Source: a virus
Lineage: Duplodnaviria > Heunggongvirae > Uroviricota > Caudoviricetes
DNA length: 64,000 bases
Direction: 5' to 3' (one strand)
IMG/VR virus record: IMGVR_UViG_2795385816_000003
Span: 7,520-71,519 of that record
Every line of letters starts with the position of its first letter. Position 1 is the stretch's first letter. The position numbers and the translations under genes are program-made. Below the pieces are notes generated by a model that did no database searches, had not been told where the DNA came from, and saw only the letters and a list, made by a program, of their open reading frames with translations. Shown in pieces: positions 56,002 to 64,000 of the stretch.

Positions 56002-56856
56002 ATGACCCCACCCCCCATGGCCTATTTCGGCGGTAAGACACGCCTTGCTCGCCGGATCGCTGATCTGCTTCCCCGGCATGGCCACTACGTCGAACCGTTC
56101 GCGGGAGGCCTCTCCGTGCTGCTGGCCAAGAAGCCCAGTCGCATGGAAACGGTCAACGACCTAGACGACAGGCTGATGACGTTCTGGCGAGTACTCCGCG
56201 ACAAACCAGAGCAGCTGGCTCGCGCATGCGCCCTTACTCCGCATAGCCGTGCGGAGTACTCAACCGCCCGCGACGCCGATCTCGACACTATCGAGGACGA
56301 CGTCGAGCGGGCCCGCCTGATCTGGGTACAGATCGCCGAAGGCCGCGGCGGCACGCTGCTCCGACAGACGGGCTGGCGCTACTACGTCAACCCAAGCCAG
56401 AACTCAACCGGGATGCCCGGCTACCTCAGTGCGTACGTGGACCGGATGGCTGCGGCTGCCGAGCGGTTGCAACGTGTCAGCCTGGAGTCTCGGCCGGCGC
56501 TCGAAATCATCGAAAAGTACGGCGCCCATTCGAAATGCTGCCTGTACGTGGACCCGCCGTACCTCGCGACCACGCGCAGCACGTCCGGCGGCGGCAACGG
56601 CTACCGCATCGACATGCCGGCACGCGCCGAGCATGTAGAGCTGCTGCGTGCGCTGACGGGGTGCCAGGCATCCGTGGTGCTGTCCGGCTACCCCTCCGAG
56701 CTGTACGACGAGGCGCTTCGGGGCTGGGACCGCATCGAGATACCCCACATGACTGGACAAGGAAGCGGTGCCAATCAAGGCCGGACAGAGGTGATTTGGT
56801 CAAACCGCCCGCTGCTACAGCAGATGACCATCGGGTATCACGAGGCCGGTGAATGA
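56002..56856 (+). CDS. DNA N6-adenine methyltransferase (Dam-like)
   Basis: N-terminal AdoMet motif FGGKTRLA...VEPFAGG and catalytic YVDPPY. Confidence 0.7.
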   Translation: MTPPPMAYFGGKTRLARRIADLLPRHGHYVEPFAGGLSVLLAKKPSRMETVNDLDDRLMTFWRVLRDKPEQLARACALTPHSRAEYSTARDADLDTIEDDVERARLIWVQIAEGRGGTLLRQTGWRYYVNPSQNSTGMPGYLSAYVDRMAAAAERLQRVSLESRPALEIIEKYGAHSKCCLYVDPPYLATTRSTSGGGNGYRIDMPARAEHVELLRALTGCQASVVLSGYPSELYDEALRGWDRIEIPHMTGQGSGANQGRTEVIWSNRPLLQQMTIGYHEAGE

Positions 56857-56984
56857 GCGACAACCTGATCTGCATCTGCGGCGATCACTTCTCGCAGCAC
56901 GTCGGCGACATCAACCCCAAGTCGCTTCTGTCCGACTGCCCCGGATTCGAAGCCGACCCGAAAGCGAACGGAGACAACCAATGA
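56853..56984 (+). CDS. small Cys-containing protein
   Basis: 43 aa MSDNLICICGDHFSQH...; ATGA overlaps on both sides. Confidence 0.2.
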   Translation: MSDNLICICGDHFSQHVGDINPKSLLSDCPGFEADPKANGDNQ

Positions 56985-57244
56985 GCGATCCCTTGTTCAC
57001 TGCTGCCAAGCTGCTCGAATCGCACGGATATGCGGTCGTGGAGCTGCCGAAGCCGGTTGGGGTCAACGGCACTGACAACATCGTGTGGCTGAGTGACCCG
57101 TACATCGAGCAGGAATTCAACGGCGACATAACCATTTCCGACAGGCTGGGTATCGACGCCGACGAGCTGGAGGATGTCGCCGCCGCGCTGCTCGCCGCTA
57201 GCCGCCGGCACCAGGAGGAGGCGCGGCTATGGGGTGTCGGATGA
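56981..57244 (+). CDS. hypothetical protein
   Basis: 87 aa. Confidence 0.25.
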   Translation: MSDPLFTAAKLLESHGYAVVELPKPVGVNGTDNIVWLSDPYIEQEFNGDITISDRLGIDADELEDVAAALLAASRRHQEEARLWGVG

Positions 57245-58395
57245 GTAACGGCACCTCAATATCTGTGCCCGCTATCCGGGTCCTGTCTCTCGGGGCGGGT
57301 GTCCAGTCGACGGTGTTGGCGCTCATGGCGTGCGACGGCACGCTGCCTGGTCTGGATGCTGCGGTGTTCGCCGATACCGGCTGGGAACCGCCCGCAGTCT
57401 ATGAGCAGGTGGACCGGCTCGCCGCCGAGCTTGCCCGCGTTGATATCCCGCTGCACCGGGTCTCATCCGGCAACCTGCGGGCCGACACCCTCGACCCGGA
57501 AGCGCGATTCGTTTCGGTGCCATGGTTCACCTTGGCGCCCAAGGCTACCGAGGTGCCTGTTTATGGCGTATGCGCACCCTGCGGCGGCTCCGGCCGTGGA
57601 CCATCTGACGAGCCTGATTCATGTTCGGTGTGCGGTGGCGACGGCCGTGGGTCGATCGTGGGCACCAGGCTAGCCACTGCCACTGAACGGCACGGCATGG
57701 GGCGCCGCCAGTGCACCAGCGAGTACAAGCTCAAGCCGATCAAGGTGAAGGTGCGCGAGCTGCTGGGCTACCCGCACCCGACACCGGTGCCGCGTGATGT
57801 GTTCGCAGAGCAGTGGATCGGGTTCTCCACTGATGAGATCCACCGGGTACGCGACCGGCTGGACGTGAACTACTCCCGGCCGCGTTACCCGCTGCTGGAG
57901 CTGGGTATGTCCCGCAAGGACTGCCAGCGCTGGCTGGAGCGCGCGGGGTGGGGACACACCGCCAAGAGCGCCTGCATTGGGTGCCCGTTCCACGGCAATG
58001 CCCAGTGGCGGTACATGTACGAGCGGCGCGACATCTGCGCGACGTGCGGCCACCCCCGTGACGACCACTGGCGCGGGTTCGACGAACCGAAGGCGTGCGC
58101 GCATCTGTACAACCGGGACCAGCCCGAAGCGCCTGCCGATCTGTGCATGTGTAAGCGGTTCCACTCCCTCTGGGATGACGCGGTCGATTTCGATCGCCGT
58201 ATCCGCAAGGGCGGCGCCTCGGCCAACCCACTCGACGGCGAGGCGTTCCTGCACCGCTCACGAGTTCCGTTGGACCTGGCACCAATCGACCGCGTGACAC
58301 GTGCCGAGTACGCCGACATGCAGCTCGACCTATTCGAGGACGGCGACCCGGACGGCTGCTCGCCCTACGGCTGCCGCAGCGGCGAGGTGGCGTGA
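57229..58395 (+). CDS. PAPS-reductase-like PP-loop protein with Cys-rich C-terminal extension
   Basis: PP-loop LSLGAGVQSTVLALMA; zinc-ribbon-like CAPCGGSG...CSVCGGDG and further CxxC pairs. Confidence 0.5.
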   Translation: MGCRMSNGTSISVPAIRVLSLGAGVQSTVLALMACDGTLPGLDAAVFADTGWEPPAVYEQVDRLAAELARVDIPLHRVSSGNLRADTLDPEARFVSVPWFTLAPKATEVPVYGVCAPCGGSGRGPSDEPDSCSVCGGDGRGSIVGTRLATATERHGMGRRQCTSEYKLKPIKVKVRELLGYPHPTPVPRDVFAEQWIGFSTDEIHRVRDRLDVNYSRPRYPLLELGMSRKDCQRWLERAGWGHTAKSACIGCPFHGNAQWRYMYERRDICATCGHPRDDHWRGFDEPKACAHLYNRDQPEAPADLCMCKRFHSLWDDAVDFDRRIRKGGASANPLDGEAFLHRSRVPLDLAPIDRVTRAEYADMQLDLFEDGDPDGCSPYGCRSGEVA

Positions 58396-58835
58396 TGGCT
58401 GTGCGTAAGTACATCTACCGCGTGGTTGTCGACGAGTGGCCGACCAAGGACGGCATGCCCTTCATAGACCAAGACTGGCGCTGGTGGGAGCAGATCGTCG
58501 ACTACTTCCACAACCCCGAGGGTGATGACCCGTCGCCCGCCTGGCTGCCCGATATCACCGGGTACCTGGAAGACCCGGGTGACGAATGGACGCCGGCGGG
58601 TTGGGGTAACAAGCCGCGATTCACCCGCCTTGTGTGCGAACCCGGAGACGAGCCCGACTACCCGAATGGATATCGGGGCTACGACGACCAGCCCGTGATC
58701 GCCGTGCCGATCGCTCCTGCCCGCCGGTTCATGCAACGGGCCCAGCCGGACGCGGCGGCAAAACAGCTGCGCGAGTGGGGATGCAAGGCACACGTGGAAC
58801 GCGCTGCCCTTGGTGATTGGGAGGAGGTGGCGTAA
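58392..58835 (+). CDS. hypothetical protein
   Basis: 147 aa. Confidence 0.3.
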   Translation: MMAVRKYIYRVVVDEWPTKDGMPFIDQDWRWWEQIVDYFHNPEGDDPSPAWLPDITGYLEDPGDEWTPAGWGNKPRFTRLVCEPGDEPDYPNGYRGYDDQPVIAVPIAPARRFMQRAQPDAAAKQLREWGCKAHVERAALGDWEEVA

Positions 58836-58840
58836 TGCCC

Positions 58841-59197
58841 ATACGTCCCGAGAACCGCGATCGCTACCCCAAGGACTGGCCTGAGATCTCGCGCCGCATC
58901 CGGTTCGAGCGCGCGCAAGGCCGCTGTGAGTGCGAGGGCGAGTGCCTGCGCGGTACACACCTCGACCGCTGCCCGAACGTCAACGGGCAGCCCGCCTACG
59001 GCACCGGCAGCCGCGTCGTGCTCACCGTGGCGCACCTGAACCACACCCCCGAGGACTGCCGGGATGAGAACCTGCGCGCGATGTGCCAGGGGTGCCACCT
59101 GCACTACGACCTAGAGCACCACGCGCAGACGCGCCAGCGGGCCCGCACGGCAGCTCTTGAGGCACAGATGGATTCGATGTTCGAGGGAGTGCAGTGA
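58841..59197 (+). CDS. HNH endonuclease (CECxGEC family)
   Basis: CECEGECLRGTHLDRC...VAHLNHTPEDCRDENLRAMCQGCHLHYD. Confidence 0.55.
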   Translation: MRPENRDRYPKDWPEISRRIRFERAQGRCECEGECLRGTHLDRCPNVNGQPAYGTGSRVVLTVAHLNHTPEDCRDENLRAMCQGCHLHYDLEHHAQTRQRARTAALEAQMDSMFEGVQ

Positions 59198-59631
59198 TAC
59201 CGGCCAATACTCCGTGCAAGTGGTGCGACACTCCACTCTCCGACTGCGACGGCGCGCGGCCCAGCCGGAAGTGCTGCCCGGACTGCCGACACCACAAGCG
59301 CATCCAGCGCAAGCGCACCGCGGGCTGGCGGATGCCAGAAGGCGCCATCTACGTCGGGCGGCCGAGCCAGTGGGGCAACCCGTACGTTGCGGGCCCAGGT
59401 CGCCCACGAATGCCATGGCTGCCAGAGGGGACCGTTCTGACCGTTGAGCAGACCGTCGCCTGCTATGCCGACATGGTTCGCGGCGGTGGCCCGAACATCA
59501 ACGGCGATAGGTGGCTTACATCGCAAGTCGGTGTAATTCGCTACCTCCTGGCCGGGCATGACCTCGTGTGCTGGTGCCCGCTCGATCAGCCGTGCCATGC
59601 CGACGTGTTGCTTGAGCTGGCCAATGGCTGA
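59194..59631 (+). CDS. DUF4326-like protein
   Basis: AIYVGRPSQWGNPY signature. Confidence 0.45.
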   Translation: MIPANTPCKWCDTPLSDCDGARPSRKCCPDCRHHKRIQRKRTAGWRMPEGAIYVGRPSQWGNPYVAGPGRPRMPWLPEGTVLTVEQTVACYADMVRGGGPNINGDRWLTSQVGVIRYLLAGHDLVCWCPLDQPCHADVLLELANG

Positions 59632-59764
59632 GCTGCCGCGGGTGCTGTTCACGTATGCCGAATGCCGCGCGCTGGGCCGCTGCACGTACTGCGGTTGGCA
59701 CCCACCCACGCAGGGCCACCACCCGAATTGCCCACGCCCACAGAAACGGAAGGGACGTCGATGA
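59624..59764 (+). CDS. small Cys/His-rich protein
   Basis: MAELPRVLFTYAECRALGRCTYCGWHPPTQGHHPNCP. Confidence 0.2.
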   Translation: MAELPRVLFTYAECRALGRCTYCGWHPPTQGHHPNCPRPQKRKGRR

Positions 59765-60051
59765 GTCGGAACTGGCAGGCCCGCGCTGTGTGCCGGGACG
59801 AAGACCCCGAGCTGTTCTTCCCTGACCCGTCCGACACCGTGACTGCGCGGGCAGCCCAGAGGGTGTGCGCCACATGCCCTGTGAGGCCGCAGTGCCGGGC
59901 GGCCGCCAGCGCGAGACGCGAACCGTACGGGATCTGGGGCGGCGTCAACCGCGAGCTGGACGCGGACAGACGACGCGCCGCCTCTTCACCCCCGACGAAT
60001 GAAATCAGCACACCGCCCACCACCCCATCGATCGCAGAGGCAGCACAGTGA
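59761..60051 (+). CDS. whiB: WhiB-family Fe-S transcription factor
   Basis: AVCRDEDPELFFP...CATCPVRPQCRA...GIWGG: four-Cys WhiB signature. Confidence 0.65.
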   Translation: MSRNWQARAVCRDEDPELFFPDPSDTVTARAAQRVCATCPVRPQCRAAASARREPYGIWGGVNRELDADRRRAASSPPTNEISTPPTTPSIAEAAQ

Positions 60052-61181
60052 CGACCCGCGAGTACGCCAAAAACCTGTTCGCCCAATGGTCCGACGACGA
60101 CTTCTGCAACCAACCGATCTTCGACAAGCTGTTCTTCCAGGTCCTCAACGGGCAGCGCGCCGTCAACGCCGCCGGCATCCAGCCGATCAACTTCACCCGC
60201 TGGCGCAAGGCCATGCGCGACGGCGAACACCTGCCCGCCGTGCGCGATCTGCAGGCCGCGCTGGTGCGCATGGAGCGCCGCGGTTTCGTGTTCACCGACG
60301 AGGACACGGGGGAGGTGCTGGTGCGGTCCCGGATCCGCCGCGACGAACTGGACAAGCAGCCCACCATGTTCCTGGCGGCGCTGCGCCTCCTGGCCGTCAT
60401 CGACTCACCCAAGTTCGCCGCCGTGCTCGCCGACGAGCTCGACCGTATGGACGTCCCGGAGGTGAAGGGGGACAAGGACTACGCCAAGCGTCTGCGCGAC
60501 TCCCTCAATGACACCCATAGGGCCGCCCGCCTACACCTCAAGACCCTGGCCGACGGATACCCGCAGCCGTTCCCCGAACCGTTCGACGGACTCACCGAGG
60601 GACCCTCCCAGGGACCCACCCCTAGACCCTCTACGGGACCCTCCGAAGGACCCACCTCGGGAGGGTCTACGGGACCCACCCCGCGACCTGGGGAAACAGG
60701 ACCCACCCCGGGACCCTCCCCGAGACCCACCCAGGGACCCTCGGGTTCTGGTTCAGGTTCAGGTTCTCTCACCTTGGTAACTACTCAAGTGGGGGGTACG
60801 CGTGCGCGCGCACACGAGACCGCCGAACCCACACCAGCACCAGACGAACCCCCCACACGATGCAAAGCCCACCGCGACTACCCCGACGCCATCGAGGACA
60901 ACTGCGGCCCCTGCGCCAACTTCCGCAAGGCACACGAACGCTGGACCGAACACCAAACACGCGCCCAAGCCCAAGCCAGGGCCGACGCCCTCCACCAAGC
61001 CGCCCAACTCCGCGCCCACGCCATCGCCGCCTGCGACCTCTGCGACCCAGACGGCTACCTCCCCGGCACTAGCACCGTCTGCAACCACAACCCCACCCAA
61101 GCCGAAACCAACGCCCGCGGACGCCAACTTGTCCACGCCGCACTCCGCAGCCGAACCCAGCAGGAGACCGACGATGCGTGA
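60048..61181 (+). CDS. replication-initiator-like protein with Pro/Gly-rich repeat linker and C-terminal Cys motifs
   Basis: N-terminal ~170-aa globular region, GPSQGPTPRPSTGPSEGPTSGGSTGPTPRPGETGPTPGPSPRPTQGPSGSGSGSGS linker, CKAH...CGPC and CDLCDPDG...C. Confidence 0.35.
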   Translation: MTTREYAKNLFAQWSDDDFCNQPIFDKLFFQVLNGQRAVNAAGIQPINFTRWRKAMRDGEHLPAVRDLQAALVRMERRGFVFTDEDTGEVLVRSRIRRDELDKQPTMFLAALRLLAVIDSPKFAAVLADELDRMDVPEVKGDKDYAKRLRDSLNDTHRAARLHLKTLADGYPQPFPEPFDGLTEGPSQGPTPRPSTGPSEGPTSGGSTGPTPRPGETGPTPGPSPRPTQGPSGSGSGSGSLTLVTTQVGGTRARAHETAEPTPAPDEPPTRCKAHRDYPDAIEDNCGPCANFRKAHERWTEHQTRAQAQARADALHQAAQLRAHAIAACDLCDPDGYLPGTSTVCNHNPTQAETNARGRQLVHAALRSRTQQETDDA

Positions 61182-61456
61182 CCCCTACGACCCCTGGGTC
61201 GACGAACGCGCACAAGCCCAACCCGACCTCACCGACATCGCCCAAGCCGAAGCCATAAGCGCCTGCCAGCTCTGCGACACCCACGGCCACCGAGATGGAC
61301 TCCCATGCCGCCACATCGACCACGCCGCAGCCGCCAAACGAGGACTCGCCACCATCCGCGCCCAAATGGGCTGGAACACCCCCACAGGCACAACCACCCC
61401 ACAAACCAGCCAAAAACCGCCCCACGACGCCACCAGCAGCCAAAAAACACGCCTGT
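61178..61456 (+). CDS. small protein sharing Cys module with upstream gene
   Basis: ISACQLCDTHGHRDGLPCRH parallels IAACDLCDPDGYLPGTSTVCNH. Confidence 0.3.
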
Positions 61457-61545
61457 AACTCACCCCCCACCACCCAAAAACCCCGAACCATCAACCATCC
61501 AGCCCAAACCCCAGCCAGCACCCCCAACAAAGAAAATCCACCACC

Positions 61546-62034
61546 ATGCCGCCAGTCATGAACCGCCAAGGCTCAAACCAACGCGCCGAAAAAGCCTGGC
61601 AGCTCCACATCGCCGGCCGAACCTGGCGCGAAGTCGCCGAGGTCACGGGCTTCAAATCGCCCCAATCGGCCCAGAAAGCCGCCATGGCATGGCTCAAGAA
61701 GAACCCGCCGTCCACCCTCGAAATCGCGCGTCGCGCGAACGGTGACGGCATCCGCCAGGTTCGCGGAATGCTGATGGAGACCATGGCGAAGGCCAAGGCC
61801 AAGGGGGAGCACCGCACCGTTTCTGAGCTGGGCCGCGCCGTGCTCGACAGCTACGAGAAGGAGGCGAAGCTGTGGGGTCTGTTCGTCGTTGTGCCTGAGG
61901 AGGTCAACGTGAACGTCACGACCGCCGTGGCGGTGCTGGAGCGAGCGGAGGCCGAGCTACTGGCACTGGCTGCGTCGGGCCGGTCGGCTATCTCGGCCCA
62001 GCCCGTCATCGACGCCGAGGTGGTTGAGCCGTGA
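61546..62034 (+). CDS. HTH protein, terminase small subunit-like
   Basis: AWQLHIAGRTWREVAEVTGFKSPQSAQKAAMAWLKK HTH typical of actinophage TerS N-termini; followed by AT-rich IR region. Confidence 0.3.
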   Translation: MPPVMNRQGSNQRAEKAWQLHIAGRTWREVAEVTGFKSPQSAQKAAMAWLKKNPPSTLEIARRANGDGIRQVRGMLMETMAKAKAKGEHRTVSELGRAVLDSYEKEAKLWGLFVVVPEEVNVNVTTAVAVLERAEAELLALAASGRSAISAQPVIDAEVVEP

Positions 62035-62375
62035 CCGCCCCGACCGAGCCCGTGCAGGACGCGATCAAGGCGGCGATGTTGGTCGCCAAGGATGTGGCTG
62101 AGGGACGGCTGGACCCGGCCGCGTTGAACGCCGCGGTGGTGGCCGAGTGCCGCGAGCTGTTCGCGTTCGTCGCCGGCCAGGGAGATCCGTTGTGGGACAT
62201 CCACGTCGAGGTGACCCGCCAGGTGCTTGCCCTCGATGGCATCCCGGTCGACGAGCTGGCCGAGTGGCTGGCCGTGACGCGCCGCGCGCAGGGCGTCGAA
62301 GCGCCGGCCGATTCGTGGATGGCGCGCGTACTGGAGCAGCTGGCCGACGAGGACGACGAGGCCGAGCCAGTCTAA
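62031..62375 (+). CDS. hypothetical acidic protein
   Basis: 114 aa. Confidence 0.25.
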   Translation: MTAPTEPVQDAIKAAMLVAKDVAEGRLDPAALNAAVVAECRELFAFVAGQGDPLWDIHVEVTRQVLALDGIPVDELAEWLAVTRRAQGVEAPADSWMARVLEQLADEDDEAEPV

Positions 62376-62518
62376 CTGGGGTATACCCGTGCCAAACAGA
62401 TTGAAGAATCGGCGATATCAGCGGTGAAATGCGTAAATACAGTCTAACAAGAGTGGTTGACTAATTGTTAGACAAGGTTCTAATGTGGTCTAGAACCTAG
62501 TTAGAAACGGAGAACTTC
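62376..62518. promoter_or_regulatory. AT-rich intergenic region with two inverted repeats
   Basis: GTCTAACAA/TTGTTAGAC 62442-62473 and GGTTCTA/TAGAACC 62476-62497. Confidence 0.4.
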
Positions 62519-62758
62519 ATGACCACCGCCACGAAAACCACCGGCTACCTCACCAGCTTCACGACGACCTACCAGATCGAAGGCGTCACCGAAGCCCAGG
62601 CCGCACGGATCGCCGCCGCTGTCCAAACCGCCCTCCAGGCCGCTCTAACCAACCTCGCCAGCGAAGAGGCCACCACTGCCGCCACGGCGAACGCCAGAGT
62701 GCTCGCGGTCCGAGTGGAGCGCCGCGGCGCACTGGTCGAGGAATACGAGGTCCGATGA
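62519..62758 (+). CDS. hypothetical protein
   Basis: 79 aa. Confidence 0.3.
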   Translation: MTTATKTTGYLTSFTTTYQIEGVTEAQAARIAAAVQTALQAALTNLASEEATTAATANARVLAVRVERRGALVEEYEVR

Positions 62759-63120
62759 GCGCCAGCGAGAAGCTGCAAGCCGCGATCAACGCCCACACCA
62801 CGGCGCAACTGCTGTCCTACCTGGCCCACCTGGAGACCATGATCAGCGTGCCGGAGACGCGTCTGGTGGGTGCGCTGATCGCTGACACCATCACGGAGCG
62901 CGAGGGCATTGACGAGGCTCTGGACGCCGTGTTCGCCGACGAGGCGTTCACGGGCAGTTATCTCGACGCGATCCGCATCGCGCTGGCGGACCGGCGCGTG
63001 AAGCACCAGCGCACGGGCGCGGAGGGCATGTTGCTCAACGAGCGCGGCCGGCCCATCGCGATCGTCCACTGGGACAGCCAGCCGCTACCGACGTGGGCCG
63101 AATGGTCCGACCTCGAATGA
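62755..63120 (+). CDS. hypothetical protein
   Basis: 121 aa. Confidence 0.3.
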   Translation: MSASEKLQAAINAHTTAQLLSYLAHLETMISVPETRLVGALIADTITEREGIDEALDAVFADEAFTGSYLDAIRIALADRRVKHQRTGAEGMLLNERGRPIAIVHWDSQPLPTWAEWSDLE

Positions 63121-63140
63121 CGACAGGGGATGATGACCCG

Positions 63141-63719
63141 ATGAGCGACACGAAAGCGGGGCAGCAAGTCGGCTACGTGCGGGTGTCGACCCTCGATCAG
63201 AACACCGAACGCCAGCTCGACGGCATCGAGGTTGATAAGCGGTTCGAAGACAAGGCCAGCGGCAAGGACACTGCGCGGCCAGCGCTCACCGAGGCGCTCG
63301 GCTACGTGCGCGACGGCGACACTCTGGTGGTTCATTCCATGGATCGGCTGGCGCGCTCGCTGGAGGATCTACGGCGCACCGTGCGGGAGCTGACCGCACG
63401 GGGTGTGCGGGTCCACTTCGTCAAGGAGAACCTCACATTCACGGGCGACGATTCGCCGATGTCCACGCTACTGCTGTCGATGCTGGGCGCGGTGGCCGAG
63501 TTCGAGCGGTCGATGATCCGGGAGCGTCAGCGTGAGGGCATCGAGCTCGCGAAAGCCAAGGGCGTGTACAAGGGCCGCAAGCCCGCGCTGACCGAGGAAC
63601 AGACCGCCGCCGTGTTGGAGCGGCTGGCCGGCGGCGAGCATCCAGCCGATTTAGCGCGCGAGTTTGGGGTGTCGCGTGCGACTGTCTACAACGTGCGGGC
63701 CCGTGCCGCAGAGGGCTAG
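63141..63719 (+). CDS. serine recombinase (resolvase/invertase family, with C-terminal HTH)
   Basis: VGYVRVSTLDQNTERQLDGI catalytic Ser region; C-terminal HTH ...ADLAREFGVSRATVYNV. Confidence 0.7.
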   Translation: MSDTKAGQQVGYVRVSTLDQNTERQLDGIEVDKRFEDKASGKDTARPALTEALGYVRDGDTLVVHSMDRLARSLEDLRRTVRELTARGVRVHFVKENLTFTGDDSPMSTLLLSMLGAVAEFERSMIRERQREGIELAKAKGVYKGRKPALTEEQTAAVLERLAGGEHPADLAREFGVSRATVYNVRARAAEG

Positions 63720-63995
63720 TTCTGGGGGTGGTGTTGTGAAGAGGGCCGAGACGGTCTGCCAGCTGGAATATTCCTTGTGGCGACCAGGTGAGTGACCGTT
63801 AGCGCTCACCAACACCCATTGTCCGTGCGGGAGGAAGTAGGTCCGCCGGTCCCCGTTGCTCCAGATTCCAAGCACGCCGCCGGGCAGGAAGGCATAAGCG
63901 TCTTCGTCAGAGAACTCTTCGAACGGTTCGGCACCGTCCTGGGGGTTGGGCGCAGCGAACGTTGAACCCACGGGGTATGTCACTCGGAAGCTCAT
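63651..63995 (-). CDS. hypothetical protein (convergent, start/extent uncertain)
   Basis: 114-aa ORF overlapping resolvase 3' end. Confidence 0.15.
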   Translation of the reverse strand: MSFRVTYPVGSTFAAPNPQDGAEPFEEFSDEDAYAFLPGGVLGIWSNGDRRTYFLPHGQWVLVSANGHSPGRHKEYSSWQTVSALFTTPPPELALCGTGPHVVDSRTRHPKLAR

Positions 63996-64000
63996 GGCGT

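Overview
High-GC (~65%) DNA that looks like temperate actinobacteriophage (siphovirus) sequence integrated at, or carrying, a tRNA-derived att site. The window appears to hold two elements.

Element 1, roughly 1-44.1 kb:
- Virion module on the minus strand (162 to ~22.3 kb): Gly-rich and collagen-like minor tails; an 1124-aa tape measure; G/GT tail chaperones with a sequence-visible -1 frameshift; major tail; connectors; HK97-type capsid; scaffold; MuF-like protein; portal; large terminase; HNH.
- Minus-strand early/replication block (22.3-40.4 kb): Endo VII; P-loop primase-helicase-like protein; PrimPol; RtcB RNA ligase next to an SPFH/band-7 protein; Cas4-like PD-(D/E)XK nuclease; several HNH genes; a PAPS-reductase-like PP-loop protein; Xis-like and Cro-like HTH proteins. 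It ends at a divergent switch (40394-40501) with CTAGTCAC operator repeats.
- Rightward genes from the switch: CI-like HTH, ImmA/IrrE protease, DUF3263 protein, coiled-coil membrane protein, tyrosine integrase 1 (42592-43920).
- Integrase-arm-type direct repeats and a 45-nt tRNA 3'-end fragment (44100-44144).

Element 2, 44219 to beyond 63.7 kb, plus strand:
- A second tyrosine integrase, a multi-TM membrane protein, and a second divergent repressor/cro switch with TCCGGA-type palindromes.
- Xis-like protein, RecE/RecT, FtsK-gamma-domain protein, RusA, a C5 and an N6 DNA methyltransferase flanking a tiny minus-strand RHH pair with a 24-bp perfect palindrome, a second PAPS-reductase-like protein, HNH, DUF4326, WhiB, a Rep-like protein with internal iteron-like repeats, a TerS-like HTH protein, and a serine recombinase.
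- No virion structural genes for element 2 occur in the window.

No rRNA, complete tRNA or CRISPR array was seen. All functional calls come from by-eye motif recognition on the six-frame translations; none is a database hit.
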